Assembly: GCA_919901925.1 (NCBI GenBank)
Contig: CAKKQA010000067.1
Span: forward strand, 1,212 to 42,617
From: Omnitrophica bacterium GWA2_41_15
GTDB lineage: Bacteria; Omnitrophota; Gorgyraeia; Gygaellales; UBA12090
Direction of reading: 5' to 3'
DNA length: 41,406 bases
Numbering within the stretch: the first letter of the stretch is position 1; the number at the start of each line of letters is the position of its first letter. The notes under the pieces were generated by a model, which did no database searches, was not told the DNA's origin, and worked only from the letters and a program-made list of their open reading frames with translations. Both the position numbers and the translations under genes were made by a program. Below, one piece after another: positions 1-8,454 of this stretch.

Positions 1-797
1 TGTTCTTTTGCTTGTTCTTGAAGCGCTGCTGTATTAGAGATATTTTTAAGCTGTTCGAGAGAATATTTCGATAGCTTTTGCCTTAAATCCTTGATAACCT
101 CTTTCATCCCTTCCTGCATAAGGTCGGTATAACTATTTAGATCTGTGCCCCAGTTATAATATAAACCTTGGATAACGGTCTTCTCTTTATCAAATGCGTA
201 CGACCAGATCAAATCGCCGCTTTTGTTGTTTTTAAGGTATAGGTTAATATCGAGTTTGTTATAAGATGAACCCGCTGGCAGGCCAAAACACCACAAAGCC
301 GGCCCCAGAAAAGATATGCCATAAGAATATGTCTTGCCTTCGTAAAGAGTAGAAACAATATCACCGCTGAGCACAAAATCCGCGTTTGCATTCTGCTGGC
401 CGCTGATCAATACAACATTATCAAAAATCTTGGCATCCTGAAGCTCTTTGAAGAAAACTTCTGAAAGGCCTTTGGCAAGGTCAAACTTATAGGCGTTTAC
501 CGTATTAAACATCTTCGCGTCTTCAGGGCGCTCATACTGGATAGTGCCATAAGGCATCAAAGGAATCAAATACCTATAGACGCTTCCGTAGTTATTGTAA
601 TTACCCCGCTTCTCGTTGAAAGGAAACACAGCGACTGTTATCGGGTAATTTTTCTGCTGGACAGCGGCCTGAAAGGCTTTCTCGCGCTCGGTGTTAACAA
701 ATGGCACATGCTTGCTTACAGTCGCGCAACCGGAAAATAAAAATACCGCGGCCGCAATCACAGACGATGCTAAAAATGTTATATTACTTTTGTTCAT
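1..797 (-). CDS. Putative lipoprotein, 3' end truncated by window edge
   Basis: Not in the ORF track (no stop in window). Manual translation from ATG 797: MNKSNITFLASSVIAAAVFLFSGCATVSKHVPF..., a signal peptide with lipobox FSGC; frame stays open to base 1. Confidence 0.8.
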   Translation of the reverse strand, partial: MNKSNITFLASSVIAAAVFLFSGCATVSKHVPFVNTEREKAFQAAVQQKNYPITVAVFPFNEKRGNYNNYGSVYRYLIPLMPYGTIQYERPEDAKMFNTVNAYKFDLAKGLSEVFFKELQDAKIFDNVVLISGQQNANADFVLSGDIVSTLYEGKTYSYGISFLGPALWCFGLPAGSSYNKLDINLYLKNNKSGDLIWSYAFDKEKTVIQGLYYNWGTDLNSYTDLMQEGMKEVIKDLRQKLSKYSLEQLKNISNTAALQEQAKE

Positions 798-845
798 ATA
801 TTTATTCGCTTCTGCCACAAGCTAACCTCTGTAAAAGCTGCTTTT

Positions 846-902
846 GCAGGGGCTTGATTTATTAAGCCCGTTCTCGTCGGGCGCCATAAATGGCGCCCCT
901 AC
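846..902. repeat. GTAG-type REP doublet
   Basis: GCAGGGGCTTGATTTATTAAGCCCG...CGGGCGCCATAAATGGCGCCCCTAC; the right unit is identical to 10268-10292. Confidence 0.8.
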
Positions 903-907
903 AATTA

Positions 908-1138
908 TTATTCAATTTCCGCCAGGGCTTCGCCCACCTTAACTGACTGGCCTTCTAAAAAGAATATCTTCTTTAATTTACCGGATGCCGGCGACGGAAG
1001 GTTAAAAGCCGCCTTATCTGTAGTAAGCTCAACAAGGTCATCCTTTTCTTTAACTTCCTGTCCGGCTTGAAAATACCAATAAGAAACTGTTGCCTTGGTA
1101 ATGCCTTCGCCTAGTTCTGGTAATATTACTTTTGCCAT
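908..1138 (-). CDS. Stand-alone lipoyl domain protein (E2-like lipoyl carrier)
   Basis: 76 aa; LPELGEGI...ELTTDKA...PSPASG motifs with the lipoyl-lysine DKA; adjacent to lipB and lpdA. Confidence 0.9.
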   Translation of the reverse strand: MAKVILPELGEGITKATVSYWYFQAGQEVKEKDDLVELTTDKAAFNLPSPASGKLKKIFFLEGQSVKVGEALAEIE

Positions 1139-1149
1139 CTTAAACCTCT

Positions 1150-1785
1150 TTAAGCCTTAAAAACCTCGCGAAACTTATGGATTAATACACCCTTCACTTT
1201 TTCTATATTCACGTTGTTTGGGCCCAAAATTTCAGTCATCGACGTCATCATTATATCCTGTCCGCATGGCCTTATCAAGGAAAATAAATCGAGATTGCCT
1301 CCTACATTAAGGCTTAAGCCGTGGCTGGTTACCCAGCGGCTCACAGAAATTCCTATTGAAGCAATTTTTTTATCTCCAACCCACACACCGGTGTTGTTTT
1401 CTTTCCTTATGCCCTTAATATGATACCCTCTTAACAAAAGCAGGATTGCCTCCTCCATCGCCCGAAGGAATTTGTGTAAATCGCGTTTCCATTGCCGCAA
1501 GGAAAAAATCGGATACACCACCAATTGGCCGGGGATATGCATTGTTACATCTCCCCCGCGGTGGACATTATAGGTGCTAATCCCCATTTTCATAAGAGCG
1601 TCTTGAGGCTTTAGGATGTTTTTTTCGTTTGCCTGCCTTCCTAAAGTAATAACCGGATTATGCTCGCATAAAATCAACGTGCTAATTTTTACCCCGGAAG
1701 ACACTTCGCAAACAAGCCTATTCTGTATAGCAAGCGCTTCGGAATAATCAACTAAACCTAAATCCAAAATATCGAAACTAAACAT
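1150..1785 (-). CDS. lipB: Octanoyltransferase LipB
   Basis: EHNPVITLGR, RGGDVTMHIPGQLVVYPI, KIASIG, HGLSLNV, IRPCG motifs. Start moved to ATG 1785 because the longer ORF only reads through a repeat. Confidence 0.92.
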   Translation of the reverse strand: MFSFDILDLGLVDYSEALAIQNRLVCEVSSGVKISTLILCEHNPVITLGRQANEKNILKPQDALMKMGISTYNVHRGGDVTMHIPGQLVVYPIFSLRQWKRDLHKFLRAMEEAILLLLRGYHIKGIRKENNTGVWVGDKKIASIGISVSRWVTSHGLSLNVGGNLDLFSLIRPCGQDIMMTSMTEILGPNNVNIEKVKGVLIHKFREVFKA

Positions 1786-1790
1786 GATTA

Positions 1791-1917
1791 TGGGGTCAGG
1801 TCCAAAACAACCGTGGGACCAGGTCCAAAACACGGTTGGAAAGTGTCCCCGCCTAGGTGGGGACACTTTCGCCGGTTAATTTGGACCTGACCCCACGGTT
1901 AAATTGTACCTGTCCCT
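1791..1917. repeat. GGGGTCAGGTCC inverted-repeat element with central hairpin
   Basis: Perfect 16-bp IR 1791-1806/1880-1895; extra units at about 1813-1829 and 1902-1917; 12-bp stem 1839-1850/1859-1870. Confidence 0.85.
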
Positions 1918-3200
1918 GATAGAAGAGTTTCTAAAATTCCCTCTGAAACAGTAGGGTGAGCGAAAATCGTGTCTTTTAGCTGACTTGTTTTTAATGAATT
2001 TTTGATAGCGACGGTTAAAACGTGGATGATCTCTGTTGCCCGCGGGCCGATTATGACACTGCCGACGATAAAATCATTCTTGTCTGAAATAATTTTAATA
2101 AAACCTTCGCTTTCATCCAAAACATGCGCCATTCCCAGAGAAAGAAAATCCAGCCTTTTGACGGTTATTTCGCCGTAATTCTTTCTCGCTTCTTCTTCGC
2201 TTAAGCCAACAGCCGCGATTTCCGGATTAGAATATATTCCGCTTGGGGCCGCCCTGTAATCAGCCTTTTCTGTATTAGCGTTTAATATATTTTTGACTGC
2301 CAGCCTGCCTTCGTAACTTGCGACATGCGCCAAAAGATAACCGCCGATACAATCTCCTGCCGCGTAAATATTCGGGATATTCGTCTGTAAATATTCATTA
2401 ACTAATATTTTAGAGCGCTCTTTTTTAATTTCCATATCCCCGAGGCAATCGCAAACAGGCGCCCTGCCAACACAAAGCAAAACCTTTTCATAATTCTCAA
2501 AATTAACTTTTGTGGCGTCGGTACTCAAAGATATTTTTACGCCTTTTTTCTTTAATATGGTTTCTAGTTTCCTGGCCGCTTCTTTATCCGTTCCCGGAAG
2601 CAGGTTCGCGGTAAGTTCACATATTTCTACCGACGAACCCAGAGTAGAAAATATCTCGGCAAACTCACAGCCTATTACTCCTCCGCCGATAATAAGGATA
2701 CTTTTCGGCACGGCAACAATCTGTAAAGCTTCTCGGCTAGAAATAATTTTTTGCCCGTCAAATTTAATTGTCGGAAGCTCTATCGGCTTTGAACCGGTGG
2801 CTATTAAAATATATTTCGTGCCTAATAATTGCCCCGCCACTTCTATTCTTTGCGGGTTGGAAATTTTCGCGCTGCCGCGGATAAGATCGATTTTATTGGC
2901 CTTAATCAAAAACTCAAGGCCGTTTTTGAGTTTATTAACAACTTCTTCTTTTCTTTTGATAAGCTGTGGCAAATCTACCAAAGCGCCGGTAGTATTTATG
3001 GCAAATTTCTGGGATTTTTTAATCTGTGAAAATAATTTTGTGGTGTTAAGGATTGTTTTGGTAGGGATACAACCGTAATTAAGGCAAGTTCCGCCTAAAG
3101 CGTCGTTCTCGATAAGGGCGGTCTTTAGGCCGTGCTTAGCCGCGTATTCCGCCGCGCTAAACCCCGCCCATCCCGCGCCGATAACAATTAGGTCGTACAT
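1899..3200 (-). CDS. lpdA: Dihydrolipoamide dehydrogenase (E3)
   Basis: GAGWAG FAD site, GGTCLNYGCIP redox disulfide, GGGVIGCE NAD site, C-terminal HPTVSE. Confidence 0.92.
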   Translation of the reverse strand: MYDLIVIGAGWAGFSAAEYAAKHGLKTALIENDALGGTCLNYGCIPTKTILNTTKLFSQIKKSQKFAINTTGALVDLPQLIKRKEEVVNKLKNGLEFLIKANKIDLIRGSAKISNPQRIEVAGQLLGTKYILIATGSKPIELPTIKFDGQKIISSREALQIVAVPKSILIIGGGVIGCEFAEIFSTLGSSVEICELTANLLPGTDKEAARKLETILKKKGVKISLSTDATKVNFENYEKVLLCVGRAPVCDCLGDMEIKKERSKILVNEYLQTNIPNIYAAGDCIGGYLLAHVASYEGRLAVKNILNANTEKADYRAAPSGIYSNPEIAAVGLSEEEARKNYGEITVKRLDFLSLGMAHVLDESEGFIKIISDKNDFIVGSVIIGPRATEIIHVLTVAIKNSLKTSQLKDTIFAHPTVSEGILETLLSGTGTI

Positions 3201-3212
3201 AGGAGCGCCGCA

Positions 3213-3260
3213 AAACTGAACTCGGAGGTCCGCAAGATTGCGGACCTCCGAGTTCAGTTT
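3213..3260. repeat. Perfect 23-bp inverted repeat (possible terminator or processing hairpin)
   Basis: AAACTGAACTCGGAGGTCCGCAA-GA-TTGCGGACCTCCGAGTTCAGTTT between mdh and lpdA. Confidence 0.9.
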
Positions 3261-3264
3261 ATGG

Positions 3265-4182
3265 TTATGATAAAACTTTGAGTTGAGCGCGGATGGTTTC
3301 TGCGGACTGCGCGAAAGCTTCTTTTTCCTGCGCGTTTAGCTCCAATTCGATTATCTTTTCCACTCCGGATTTCCCGATACAAGCAGGCACGCCGAGATAA
3401 AGCCCTTGGACGCCGTACTCACCGTCTAAATAAGCGCAAACACCGATAACGCGTTTTTCATCTTTAGCAATCGCGCTTATGATTTCCACAGTCGCCATTG
3501 CCGGAGCAAAATAGGCGCTTCCTGAACCCAAAGCCGCGACAATCGACGCGCCCCTATCCACTGTTTCCTGCTTTAGCCGCGCCGCGTCTAGAGGCGAAAC
3601 CAAAGCATCCAGGCTTTTACCGGAAACTTTTGTCAGGCGGCCTAACGGCAACATCGCCTGTCCGTGGCTGGCAACAACTACCGGCTCTATGTTTTTTACA
3701 GAAGCATTCAACGCCTGATGTATCAAATTCGCGAATCGTCCCGCGTCAAGGCTTACTCCCATCCCGAAAACCCGTTTTTTATCAAATCCGGTAAACTTGT
3801 AAACCAGAGAAACCATAAGATCGACGGGATTAGTGATAGTAATAACAATAGGATTATTAGTGAACTCCTTTATTTTCAAAGAAACGTCGCGAATAATTCC
3901 GGAGTTTATCTTTAAAAGGTCATCACGGGTCATCCCGGGTTTACGGGCGAGGCCCGCGGTAATCACAACTATGTCGGAATTCTTTAAAAGAGAAAAATCA
4001 TCGCTTCCCTCTATCAGGCAATCTTGTTTACAAAGAGAAGCGAAATCCTGTAAATCCAAAGCCTTGCCTTTTGCTAAGCCCTTGGCGACGTCTAATAATA
4101 AACAATCGCCGATGCCTTCTTTTACAAGAAGCATGGCGATTTGTCCGCCGACGTTACCCGCGCCGATTATTGTGACTTTCAT
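3265..4182 (-). CDS. mdh: Malate dehydrogenase (LDH-like MDH)
   Basis: GAGNVG nucleotide site; TAGLARKPGMTRDDLL with the MDH-specific Arg; GSAYFAPA. Confidence 0.93.
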   Translation of the reverse strand: MKVTIIGAGNVGGQIAMLLVKEGIGDCLLLDVAKGLAKGKALDLQDFASLCKQDCLIEGSDDFSLLKNSDIVVITAGLARKPGMTRDDLLKINSGIIRDVSLKIKEFTNNPIVITITNPVDLMVSLVYKFTGFDKKRVFGMGVSLDAGRFANLIHQALNASVKNIEPVVVASHGQAMLPLGRLTKVSGKSLDALVSPLDAARLKQETVDRGASIVAALGSGSAYFAPAMATVEIISAIAKDEKRVIGVCAYLDGEYGVQGLYLGVPACIGKSGVEKIIELELNAQEKEAFAQSAETIRAQLKVLS

Positions 4183-4193
4183 CGCTATTGTTT

Positions 4194-4269
4194 GTTTACC
4201 GGTTTGCCGGTTGGCCAGTTAGCCGGTTTAAAAACAGACAAACTGGTAAACTGGCAAACAGGCTAACTA
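4194..4269. repeat. 8-mer inverted tandem array element, copy A
   Basis: Four GTTNRCCR units then four inverted units; right end AACTA contains the upstream gene's TAG. Confidence 0.9.
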
Positions 4270-5355
4270 ACCCCTCTTAAGCCTATCGATTATCGCCTCT
4301 GCCATTTGCTGCGTCCCGACTGCTGTCGGGTCATTACGGTCCGCTTTCAAATCATAAGTCACATACTTACCTTCCCGAATAACATCCGATACGGCCATTT
4401 CCAGGGCGTTTGCCGCTTTCGTTTCTCCGATATGCCTTAATAACAACACCCCGGACAAAATTGTCGCTGTGGGATTGACTTTGTTTAAACCTGCATATTT
4501 CGGCGCCGCTCCGTGCACCGGCTCAAAAAGGGCGATGTTCTTTCCAATGTTTGCTCCCGGAGCCAGCCCCAATCCGCCGATAAGCCCTGCGCCTAAATCC
4601 GAAATAATATCGCCGTAAAGATTTGGCAGGACAAGGACGTCAAAGTTCCTGGGATTCTTAACCAACTGCATAGAAAGATTATCCACTATCGCGTCTTCAA
4701 AAGCTATTTTTCCGGCATATTTCTTTGCCACCTTTCGCGCCGTTTCAAGAAATAACCCGTCAGTGAATTTCATTATATTCGCTTTATGCACGGCTGTTAC
4801 TTTTTTACGGTCATTCTTGACGGCGTATTCAAAAGCAAATTCAACGATCCTCTTTGAGCACTTAGGAGAAATCGGCTTTATCGAAATTGCCGAATCATGG
4901 TCAATCTTTTTCGGCTGAAGCTTTTCAATTAAACTAATAAGTTTTTTAGCCGCGGGCTTTTTACTTTCAAACTCTATCCCCGCGTATAAATCTTCCGTAT
5001 TTTCCCTGACAATCACAAAATCTACATTTTGATATCGCGAGACTACGCCGGGAATAGATTTTATCGGCCGAAGGCAGGCAAATAAATCCAATTCCTGGCG
5101 AAGCGCTACATTTACCGAACGAAAGCCGGTGCCAACAGGCGTGATTATCGGGCCTTTAATCGCCAGCTTATTTTTACGGATAGATTTTAAAACATAATCC
5201 GGCAAGGGCGTGTTATATTGCTCCAAAGCGGCAGAACCAGCGATAACTTCTTCCCATTGGAATTTTACCCCTGTTGCCTCAAGGCATTTCTTGGCGGCTA
5301 AAGCGACTTCAGGGCCAATACCATCTCCGGGAATCAATGTGACTTTATATGACAT
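4267..5355 (-). CDS. icd: Isocitrate/isopropylmalate dehydrogenase family, IDH-like
   Basis: IPGDGIGPEV, TPVGTGFRSVNVALR (IDH-type Ser/Asn), VHKANIMK, NLYGDIISDL, FEPVHG. Confidence 0.75.
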   Translation of the reverse strand: MSYKVTLIPGDGIGPEVALAAKKCLEATGVKFQWEEVIAGSAALEQYNTPLPDYVLKSIRKNKLAIKGPIITPVGTGFRSVNVALRQELDLFACLRPIKSIPGVVSRYQNVDFVIVRENTEDLYAGIEFESKKPAAKKLISLIEKLQPKKIDHDSAISIKPISPKCSKRIVEFAFEYAVKNDRKKVTAVHKANIMKFTDGLFLETARKVAKKYAGKIAFEDAIVDNLSMQLVKNPRNFDVLVLPNLYGDIISDLGAGLIGGLGLAPGANIGKNIALFEPVHGAAPKYAGLNKVNPTATILSGVLLLRHIGETKAANALEMAVSDVIREGKYVTYDLKADRNDPTAVGTQQMAEAIIDRLKRG

Positions 5356-5365
5356 GTTTTCCTTC

Positions 5366-5472
5366 CGTCATTGCGAGGAGCTTTTATTTGGTTACGGCGA
5401 CGAAGCAATCTCGTTTTAAAAACAGGATTGCTTCGTCACAGATATGCCAAGTGAGGGTTCCTCGCAATGACG
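5366..5472. repeat. CGTC-type nested palindrome, copy 1
   Basis: CGTCATTGCGAGGA...GACGAAGCAATC...GATTGCTTCGTC...TCCTCGCAATGACG. Confidence 0.92.
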
Positions 5473-5483
5473 CTGTATAAACT

Positions 5484-5987
5484 TTACAACTCTATCTTTC
5501 CGTTATGCTTCTTAATATGATTCACTATTCCGCCGTCAGAAAGCAAAACCCGCATTATATTTGACAGCGGCTCTATTTTAATCTTCAGGTTTTGCGTTGA
5601 ATCCATAATACAAGACTCCTCCACATCAATCAATAACTTATCGTTTTCCTTAATGCCAGAGGTGTCCGCGGTAATCAAGGGCAATCCGATGTTAAATCCA
5701 TTACGGTAAAAAATCCTGGCGAATGATTTTGCCACCACGCAGGCTATTCCTGCCGCTTTAATGACTAACGGCGCCTGCTCGCGCGAAGAGCCCATGCCGA
5801 AGTTTTCTCCGGCGACAATAATCGATTCTCCGGCTTTTAGCTTCTTAGGAAAATCCGGGTCAATATCTTCCATTATATGCTTAGAAAGCTCTTTCATATC
5901 GGAAATAGCAAATTTATACCGCCCGGAAATTATAAAATCGGTATTGATATTGTCCGGCAATAAAACCGCGCTGCCTTCTATTTTCAT
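5484..5987 (-). CDS. leuD: Isopropylmalate dehydratase/homoaconitase-type small subunit
   Basis: NINTDFII, AGENFGMGSSREQAP, SFARIFYRN; short (167 aa) archaeal-like type. Confidence 0.85.
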   Translation of the reverse strand: MKIEGSAVLLPDNINTDFIISGRYKFAISDMKELSKHIMEDIDPDFPKKLKAGESIIVAGENFGMGSSREQAPLVIKAAGIACVVAKSFARIFYRNGFNIGLPLITADTSGIKENDKLLIDVEESCIMDSTQNLKIKIEPLSNIMRVLLSDGGIVNHIKKHNGKIEL

Positions 5988-6003
5988 ATATTTTTAACCA
6001 CCT

Positions 6004-6110
6004 CGTCATTGCGAGGAACCCTCATTTGACATATCAGTGACGAAGCAATCTCGTTTTTAGAAACGGGATTGCTTCGTCGCTACAACCAAACGATAGCTCC
6101 TCGCAATGAC
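6004..6110. repeat. CGTC-type nested palindrome, copy 2 (inverted relative to copy 1)
   Basis: Same outer and inner arms as 5366-5472 with the order of the linkers reversed. Confidence 0.92.
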
Positions 6111-6126
6111 AAATTTTAATCTTTCT

Positions 6127-7182
6127 CTACTTCCTCATCATGTTTCTTAATTCTTCCGGATTCTTGGCCTTCTCCATAGCCGCTTCCATAGTTATAAACC
6201 CGGTTTCGTACAAATCCTTTAGCGACTTATCCATAGTATGCATACCGAATTGCCCGCCGGTTTGCATCATTGTGGGTATCTGCTCAATCTCTTGCTCCCT
6301 TATCAAATTGCGGATACCGGGGGTAGCAATCATAATCTCTGATGCCATAACCCTGGCTTTGCCATCTACCCGCGGAAGCAGCAACTGCGAAAGTACGCCC
6401 TGAAGGCAATCTGATAACTGCAGCTTGATCTGCCTCTGCTGATCCGACGGGAACACGTCGATAATCCTCTGGATAGTCTGAGGAGCATCGGGTGTATGCA
6501 ATGTCGCCAAAACCAAGTGGCCTGTTTCGGCTGCTGTCAAGGTTATCGCTATAGTCTCTAAATCGCGCATTTCACCGACGACAATGACATTGGGGTCCTG
6601 GCGCAGGGCATGGCGTAAGGCCGCGGCAAAAGACTTTGTGTCGCCGTAAACCTCGCGCTGTTTAATCACGCTTTTTTTATTGTGATGAACAAACTCTATC
6701 GGGTCCTCGATACAAAGTATCAACGATTCTCTTTCGCTGTTAATAAGGTCAACCATTGCCGCTAAAGTCGTAGTCTTACCGGCGCCAGTGGGCCCGGTAA
6801 CTAAAACCAATCCATTAGGCTTACGCGCTAAGGCCTCCGCTACCGGCGGAAGCATTAATTCCTGTATGGTAGGAATAGTCAAAGGCACTCTTCGAAATGC
6901 CGCTTCAACACAGCCCTTCTGAACATGCACATTAACCCTAAAGCGGTCTAACCCCGGAAGAGCAAGAGAAATGTCTAACTCTAATTCGCGTTCGAATTCT
7001 GTTTTCTGGTTATCGCTTAATAATGTATATATTAAACGTTTTAATTCGTCTTTATTTAACGGTTTTTGTTCGATGCGGGTCAGCCGGCCGTTAATCCTTA
7101 ATATTGGAGGTTCATTCTCTGTCAGATGCAGGTCTGACGCGGCTTTCTCAACTGTCAATGCTAACAGCTCCTTGATTTCCAT
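6127..7182 (-). CDS. pilT: Type IV pilus retraction ATPase PilT family
   Basis: ASDLHL, Walker A GPTGAGKTT, Asp box EDPIE, VGEMRD, His box TGHLVLATLHT, GIRNLIRE. Confidence 0.92.
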   Translation of the reverse strand: MEIKELLALTVEKAASDLHLTENEPPILRINGRLTRIEQKPLNKDELKRLIYTLLSDNQKTEFERELELDISLALPGLDRFRVNVHVQKGCVEAAFRRVPLTIPTIQELMLPPVAEALARKPNGLVLVTGPTGAGKTTTLAAMVDLINSERESLILCIEDPIEFVHHNKKSVIKQREVYGDTKSFAAALRHALRQDPNVIVVGEMRDLETIAITLTAAETGHLVLATLHTPDAPQTIQRIIDVFPSDQQRQIKLQLSDCLQGVLSQLLLPRVDGKARVMASEIMIATPGIRNLIREQEIEQIPTMMQTGGQFGMHTMDKSLKDLYETGFITMEAAMEKAKNPEELRNMMRK

Positions 7183-7197
7183 ATTTCATCCTCCCTA

Positions 7198-8454
7198 TTA
7201 TTTTAAATACTTACGCGGGTCCGCGATTTTACCTTCTATCGCCGAAGCGGCAGCAGTTGCCGGCGAGCTAAGATAAATGAATGCTTTGGGATTGCCCATC
7301 CTGCCGGTAAAATTACGGTTTGCCGTCGAGACAACCACTTCTCCATCCGCAGGCACGCCCTGATGCGTGCCGACGCAAGGGCCGCAACCGGGATTTAAAA
7401 CCACTGCCCCGGAGTCAATAAACGCGGCCACTAAACCTTCTTTTAAGGCTTGACGGTAAATCGACATAGACGCGGGCACAATAATTAATTTTATCCCGGA
7501 TTTTACCTGCCTACCCTTTAATATCGCCGCCGCGGCTTTTAAATCTTCCAGCCTTCCGTTTGTGCAAGTGCCGATAAAGGCTTCATTTATCGGAGTGCCT
7601 TTCAATTCCTCGACTGTAGCATAATTATCCACTGTGTGCGGCTTAGCAAGCGAAGGAATAATTTTTGACACATCATATTCTTTAATATCTTCATATTCTG
7701 CCGCTTTGTCCGCTTGGTGGACAGTATATTTCTTCTTAACCCTTTGAGCCAGCCAATTTTTTGTTTTGACATCAACCGGCATAAACGCGCATTTAGCTCC
7801 AAGTTCTACAACCATATTGCACATTGTAAACCTTCCGGACATATCCAACGCGTCAACTGCTTCTCCGTAAAACTCAATTGCTTTGTAGGCCGCGCCGTTT
7901 GCCGTAAGCTTTCCCGCGAGAAATAAAATTATATCTTTGGCATATACGCCTTTTTTCAATTCTCCTTTTAGGATTATTTTAATAGCCTGCGGCACCTTAA
8001 ACCAATTCTTGCCGGTTGCCAAAGCAACAGCCAAATCAGTAGAGCCGACTCCCGTCGATAAAGCCCCTAAAGCGCCGTAGGTGCAGGTATGCGAATCCGC
8101 GCCCAAAACCAGATAACCCGGTAAAACATGCCCGAATTCCGGGACAATCTGATGGCATACTCCGCAATTCACATCGTAAAGTTTAACATCATATTCTTCG
8201 GCAAACCCGCGCATCTTTTTCTGTACAGCCGCCGCGCCGAGATTAGGCGCCGGCGCGTTATGGTCGATCACCATGCAGAATTTCTTATTATCGAAAACTT
8301 TTTTTACGCCTATTTCTTTAATCCGGTCGATTATAATACCGCTGGTGCCATCCTGCCCAAAGCAGAAATCGATATCGCAGACAGCGAAATCTCCGGCTTT
8401 TAAAGATTTTTTAGCGTGCGCGCTTAAGATTTTTTCGGCAACTGTTTGAGCCAT
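7198..8454 (-). CDS. leuC: Isopropylmalate dehydratase/homoaconitase-type large subunit
   Basis: GADSHTCTYGA, GTCTNGR, PGCGPCVG (Fe-S cysteines), STANRNFTGRMG. Confidence 0.85.
   Translation of the reverse strand: MAQTVAEKILSAHAKKSLKAGDFAVCDIDFCFGQDGTSGIIIDRIKEIGVKKVFDNKKFCMVIDHNAPAPNLGAAAVQKKMRGFAEEYDVKLYDVNCGVCHQIVPEFGHVLPGYLVLGADSHTCTYGALGALSTGVGSTDLAVALATGKNWFKVPQAIKIILKGELKKGVYAKDIILFLAGKLTANGAAYKAIEFYGEAVDALDMSGRFTMCNMVVELGAKCAFMPVDVKTKNWLAQRVKKKYTVHQADKAAEYEDIKEYDVSKIIPSLAKPHTVDNYATVEELKGTPINEAFIGTCTNGRLEDLKAAAAILKGRQVKSGIKLIIVPASMSIYRQALKEGLVAAFIDSGAVVLNPGCGPCVGTHQGVPADGEVVVSTANRNFTGRMGNPKAFIYLSSPATAAASAIEGKIADPRKYLK

Noticed and set aside
209-391. 60-aa minus-strand ORF
   Set aside because: It lies in another frame inside the longer lipoprotein gene (1-797).
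1786-1866. N-terminal extension of LipB (similar extensions for rpoC, rplE, rplV, rplJ, secE)
   Set aside because: Longest-ORF artefacts reading through repeats or upstream genes; downstream ATGs fit family lengths and overlaps.
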